From Eledone cirrhosa (lineage: Eukaryota), in assembly GCA_964016885.1 (NCBI GenBank), contig OZ024752.1, forward strand, positions 8,866,001 to 8,930,000: a stretch of 64,000 nt of DNA, read 5' to 3'. Position numbers and translations under genes: made by a program. Positions 58,614 to 64,000 of this stretch are shown in pieces. Each line of letters starts with the position of its first letter. The stretch's first letter is position 1. The notes under the pieces are model-generated. The model had not been told where the DNA came from. It ran no database searches and saw only the letters and a list, made by a program, of their open reading frames with translations.

Positions 58614-59129
58614 TATATAGTAAATTTAATCAAATTGTAATACATTACTGCTGCTTATTACATCAACTACAGAAGACTGAAAACCAAGTTGATCCTGGAT
58701 GGCCTTGGACTGAGAATGTGTTACCCACAGCTCTAGTAATAAATAATAGTTTCTGATTTAGGCACAAGGCCAACAATTTTCGAGGAAGCGAAAGTCGATT
58801 AAATTAACCCCAATGCATTACTGGTACTTTAATTTATCAACCATGTAAGGATTGAAAGGCAAAGCTAACCTTGGTGGGATTTGAATTCAGAATGTAAAGC
58901 CACATAACTATCTGCTGCAAAGCATGTTGGCCGATGCTCTACCGATACTGCCAATCCATTGCCTTCTCATGTTGTCTGACATCATCATTGTCTAACGTTT
59001 ATCTTCCATGCTAGCATGGGTTGGACGGTTTGTCCCATATGAGGCAAGTTTGGTTGGGAGACCATGTCTTGCTCGTATAAAACTGTTTCTGGCAGGTTTT
59101 CTATGGCTCGATGCCCTTCGTAACACCAA

Positions 59130-60272
59130 CCACTTTTACAGTGAGGACTGGGAGCCTTTGTAGCGTGTCTCCTACATAACCACTTTTACAGTGAGGACTG
59201 GGAACCTTTTTACTGTGTCTCCTACATGACCACTTTACAGTGAGGACTGGGAACCTTTTTACTGTGTCTCCTACATGACCACTTTACAGTGTGGACTGGG
59301 AGCCTTTTTACTGTGTCTCCTACATGACCACTTTACAGTGTGGACTGGGAGCCTTTTTACTGTGTCTCCTACATGACCACTTTACAGTGTGGACTGGGAG
59401 CCTTTTTACTGTGTCTCCTACATGACCACTTTACAGTGAGGACTGGGAACCTTTTTACTGTGTCTCCTACATGACCACTTTACAGTGAGGACTGGGAACC
59501 TTTTTACTGTGTCTCCTACATGACCACTTTACAGTGTGGACTGGGAGCCTTTGTATCATGTCTCCTACATGACCACCTTACAGTGTGGACTGGGAGCCTT
59601 TTTACTGTGTCTCCTACATGACCACTTTACAGTGAGGACTGGGAGCCTTTTTACTGTGTCTCCTACATGACCACTTTACAGTGTGGACTGGGAGCCTTTT
59701 TACTGTGTCTCCTACATGACCACTTTACAGTGAGGACTGGGAGCCTTTTTACTGTGTCTCCTACACGACCACTTTACAGTGTGGACTGGGAGCCTTTTTA
59801 CTGTGTCTCCTACATGACCACTTTACAGTGTGGACTGGGAGCCTTTGTATCGTGTCTCCTACATGACCACTTTACAGTGTGGACTGGGAGCCTTTTTACT
59901 GTGTCTCCTACATAACCACTTTACAGTGTGGACTGGGAGCCTTTGTATCATGTCTCCTACATGACCACTTTACAGTGTGGACTGGGAGCCTTTTTACTGT
60001 GTCTCCTACATGACCACTTTACAGTGTGGACTGGGAGCCTTTTTACTGTGTCTCCTACATGACCACTTTACAGTGTGGACTGGGAGCCTTTTTACTGTGT
60101 CTCCTACATGACCACTTTACAGTGTGGACTGGGAGCCTTTTTACAGTGTCTCCTACATGACCACTTTACAGTGTGGACTGGGAGCCTTTTTACTGTGTCT
60201 CCTACATGACCACTTTACAGTGTGGACTGGGAGCCTTTTTACTGTGTCTCCTACATGACCACTTTACAGTGG
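59130..60272. repeat. 49-bp minisatellite, ~23 copies
   Basis: Unit cactttacagtgtggactgggagcctttttactgtgtctcctacatgac. Confidence 0.95.
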
Positions 60273-61040
60273 ACGGAAGTGGGAGGATGGAGTAGGGTGT
60301 GTGGGGTGAGGGTGTATATTGGGTTAAGAGGTGCCCACTGACTAGGTTTAAGTTTGTATGCAAGGGAAGGTAGGTTTGACACTCTACCAATATTACCAAT
60401 CCCTTCCCATGTTGTCCCACACTCTACCAGTATTACTAATCCATAGTCCTCCTCTAGTAATCAGTAATATAATAAAAGCTATGAGTATTTGTCCATAACA
60501 CACTAGAGTTGACCGAGTGATATCACCCACTGGTGCGCGACTTCAACTGTAGGTTGAGTGATGAAAAACTGTACAGAAATGGTGGGTGATTGAAAATTTT
60601 GGTGGACGATATAGGATTTTGAGTATTAAAGTATGCTACCTACATATGCTACCTGAAACAAAATATATATTTAAAGGATAAATGCAAAGAACCTGTATGA
60701 AAAGAAACAAGACAAGCTAAATGGAAATAACGAACCAGTAAGAAACTTTTACCAAAGATATTTTGTATGTTTTTTGCTATTTACTGTAGAGGTGAGCGGG
60801 GGAGAATGTTTCCATGTGTAAGGTTGGGAACCCCTGGTTAATGGGGACGCAGTGGATTATGTAGTCTCAGATACCATTGAGAAGATGGTACCGTCACAGC
60901 TTGATAACCTTGATCATGTCTGTTAGATCAAGGCTGCCCCGAGACTAAACAATGATTGTAATGTCTAGCAGTTACCGTAAATTTGGTATTTTCTTGTCGC
61001 TGATGTTGTAGACCAGGCATGGGCAACCTTTTTCGAACAG

Positions 61041-64000
61041 TGGGCTGCATAGGATGCGGCTTATCATATGGTGGGCTGCATAGGATGCAGCTTATCATAT
61101 GGTGGGCTGCATAGGATGTGGCTTATCATATGGTGGGCTGCATAGGATGTGGCTTATCATATGGTGGGCTGCCCATGCTGTGGCTTATCATATGGTGGGC
61201 TGCATAGGATGTGGCTTATCATATGGTGGGCTGCATAGGATGTGGCTTATCATATGGTGGGCTGCCCATGCTGTGGCTTATCATATGGTGGGCTGCATAG
61301 GATGTGGCTTATCATATGGTGGGCTGCCCATGCTGTGGCTTATCATATGGTGGGCTGCATAGGATGTGGCTTATCATATGGTGGGCTGCCCATGCTGTGG
61401 CTTATCATATGGTGGGCCGCATAGGATGTGGCTTATCATATGGTGGGCTGCATAGGATGTGGCTTATCATATGGTGGGCTGCCCATGCTGTGGCTTATCA
61501 TATGGTGGGCTGCATAGGATGTGGCTTATCATATGGTGGGCTGCCCATTCTGTGGCTTATCATATGGTGGGCTGCATAGGATGTGGCTTATCATATGGTG
61601 GGCTGCATAGGATGTGGCTTATCATATGGTGGGCTGCCCATGCTGTGGCTTATCATATGGTGGGCCGCATAGGATGCGGCTTATCATATGGTGGGCTGCA
61701 TAGGATGTGGCTTATCATATGGTGGGCTGCATAGGATGTGGCTTATCATATGGTGGGCTGCCCATGCTGTGGCTTATCATATGGTGGGCTGCATAGGATG
61801 TGGCTTATCATATGGTGGGCTGCATAGGATGTGGCTTATCATATGGTGGGCTGCATAGGATGTGGCTTATCATATGGTGGGCTGCCCATGCTGTGGCTTA
61901 TCATATGGTGGGCTGCATAGGATGTGGCTTATCATATGGTGGGCTGCCCATGCTGTGGCTTATCATATGGTGGGCTGCATAGGATGTGGCTTATCATATG
62001 GTGGGCTGCCCATGCTGTGGCTTATCATATGGTGGGCTGCATAGGATGTGGCTTATCATATGGTGGGCTGCATAGGATGTGGCTTATCATATGGTGGGCT
62101 GCATAGGATGTGGCTTATCATATGGTGGGCTGCATAGGATGCAGCTTATCATATGGTGGGCTGCATAGGATGTGGCTTATCATATGGTGGGCTGCCCATG
62201 CTGCGGCTTATCATATGGTGGGCTGCCCATGCTGCGGCTTATCATATGGTGGGCTGCATAGGATGTGGCTTATCATATGGTGGGCCGCATAGGATGTGGC
62301 TTATCATATGGTGGGCCGCATAGGATGTGGCTTATCATATGGTGGGCTGCCCATGCTGTGGCTTATCATATGGTGGGCCGCATAGGATGCGGCTTATCAT
62401 ATGGTGGGCCGCATAGGATGTGGCTTATCATATGGTGGGCTGCCCATGCTGTGGCTTATCATATGGTGGGCTGCATAGGATGTGGCTTATCATATGGTGG
62501 GCTGCATAGGATGTGGCTTATCATATGGTGGGCTGCATAGGATGTGGCTTATCATATGGTGGGCTGCCCATGCTGTGGCTTATCATATGGTGGGCTGCAT
62601 AGGATGTGGCTTATCATATGGTGGGCTGCATAGGATGCGGCTTATCATATGGTGGGCTGCCCATGCTGTGGCTTATCATATGGTGGGCTGCCCATGCTGT
62701 GGCTTATCATATGGTGGGCTGCATAGGATGTGGCTTATCATATGGTGGGCTGCATAGGATGTGGCTTATCATATGGTGGGCTGCCCATGCTGTGGCTTAT
62801 CATATGGTGGGCTGCCCATGCTGTGGCTTATCATATGGTGGGCTGCATAGGATGTGGCTTATCATATGGTGGGCTGCATAGGATGTGGCTTATCATATGG
62901 TGGGCTGCCCATGCTGTGGCTTATCATATGGTGGGCCGCATAGGATGTGGCTTATCATATGGTGGGCTGCATAGGATGTGGCTTATCATATGGTGGGCTG
63001 CCCATGCTGTGGCTTATCATATGGTGGGCTGCATAGGATGTGGCTTATCATATGGTGGGCTGCCCATGCTGTGGCTTATCATATGGTGGGCCGCATAGGA
63101 TGTGGCTTATCATATGGTGGGCTGCATAGGATGTGGCTTATCATATGGTGGGCTGCCCATGCTGTGGCTTATCATATGGTGGGCTGCATAGGATGTGGCT
63201 TATCATATGGTGGGCTGCATAGGATGTGGCTTATCATATGGTGGGCTGCCCATGCTGTGGCTTATCATATGGTGGGCTGCCCATGCTGTGGCTTATCATA
63301 TGGTGGGCTGCATAGGATGTGGCTTATCATATGGTGGGCCGCATAGGATGTGGCTTATCATATGGTGGGCTGCATAGGATGTGGCTTATCATATGGTGGG
63401 CTGCCCATGCTGTGGCTTATCATATGGTGGGCTGCCCATGCTGTGGCTTATCATATGGTGGGCTGCATAGGATGTGGCTTATCATATGGTGGGCTGCATA
63501 GGATGTGGCTTATCATATGGTGGGCTGCCCATGCTGTGGCTTATCATATGGTGGGCCGCATAGGATGTGGCTTATCATATGGTGGGCTGCATAGGATGTG
63601 GCTTATCATATGGTGGGCTGCCCATGCTGTGGCTTATCATATGGTGGGCTGCATAGGATGTGGCTTATCATATGGTGGGCTGCATAGGATGTGGCTTATC
63701 ATATGGTGGGCTGCCCATGCTGTGGCTTATCATATGGTGGGCCGCATAGGATGTGGCTTATCATATGGTGGGCTGCATAGGATGTGGCTTATCATATGGT
63801 GGGCTGCCCATGCTGTGGCTTATCATATGGTGGGCTGCATAGGATGTGGCTTATCATATGGTGGGCTGCATAGGATGTGGCTTATCATATGGTGGGCTGC
63901 CCATGCTGTGGCTTATCATATGGTGGGCTGCCCATGCTGTGGCTTATCATATGGTGGGCTGCATAGGATGTGGCTTATCATATGGTGGGCTGCATAGGAT
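61041..64000. repeat. 31-bp minisatellite, ~95 copies, runs off the window
   Basis: Unit gtgggctgc[ataggat|ccatgct]gtggcttatcatatg with two interspersed variants. Confidence 0.97.

Noticed and set aside
60520-60655. Candidate upstream CHCHD1 exon (LQLKSRT)
   Set aside because: In-frame stops after the acceptor, and spacing to the first Cys is too short. The true exon is probably outside the window.

Overview
Repeat-dense, AT-rich eukaryotic DNA. The SINE and repeat content resembles octopod cephalopod sequence, which is an inference. Nearly all listed ORFs are artefacts of (TA)n tracts and minisatellites. One host gene is supported: the 3' part of a minus-strand CHCHD1/mS37 homologue (twin CX9C exon 54878-54996, stop-containing exon 50594-50686, probable 3'-UTR exon near 46.05-46.38 kb). 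The remainder is tRNA-derived SINEs, LINE relics (RTE, CRE-like, Penelope GIY-YIG), DNA-transposon derivatives (mariner, pogo-like, piggyBac-like, hAT-like, Helitron) and more than a dozen minisatellite arrays, several of them visibly seeded inside transposons. The main hidden signal is that many short 'unique' islands in or beside the (TA)n tracts carry type I hammerhead ribozyme folds. About ten have an intact or near-intact core, from several unrelated sequence families, mostly with short palindromic helix III and with visible covariation. Many of these islands are fold-back (inverted-arm) insertions, consistent with non-autonomous, TA-targeting Penelope-like/retrozyme elements. All structures were read by eye and none was tested computationally.
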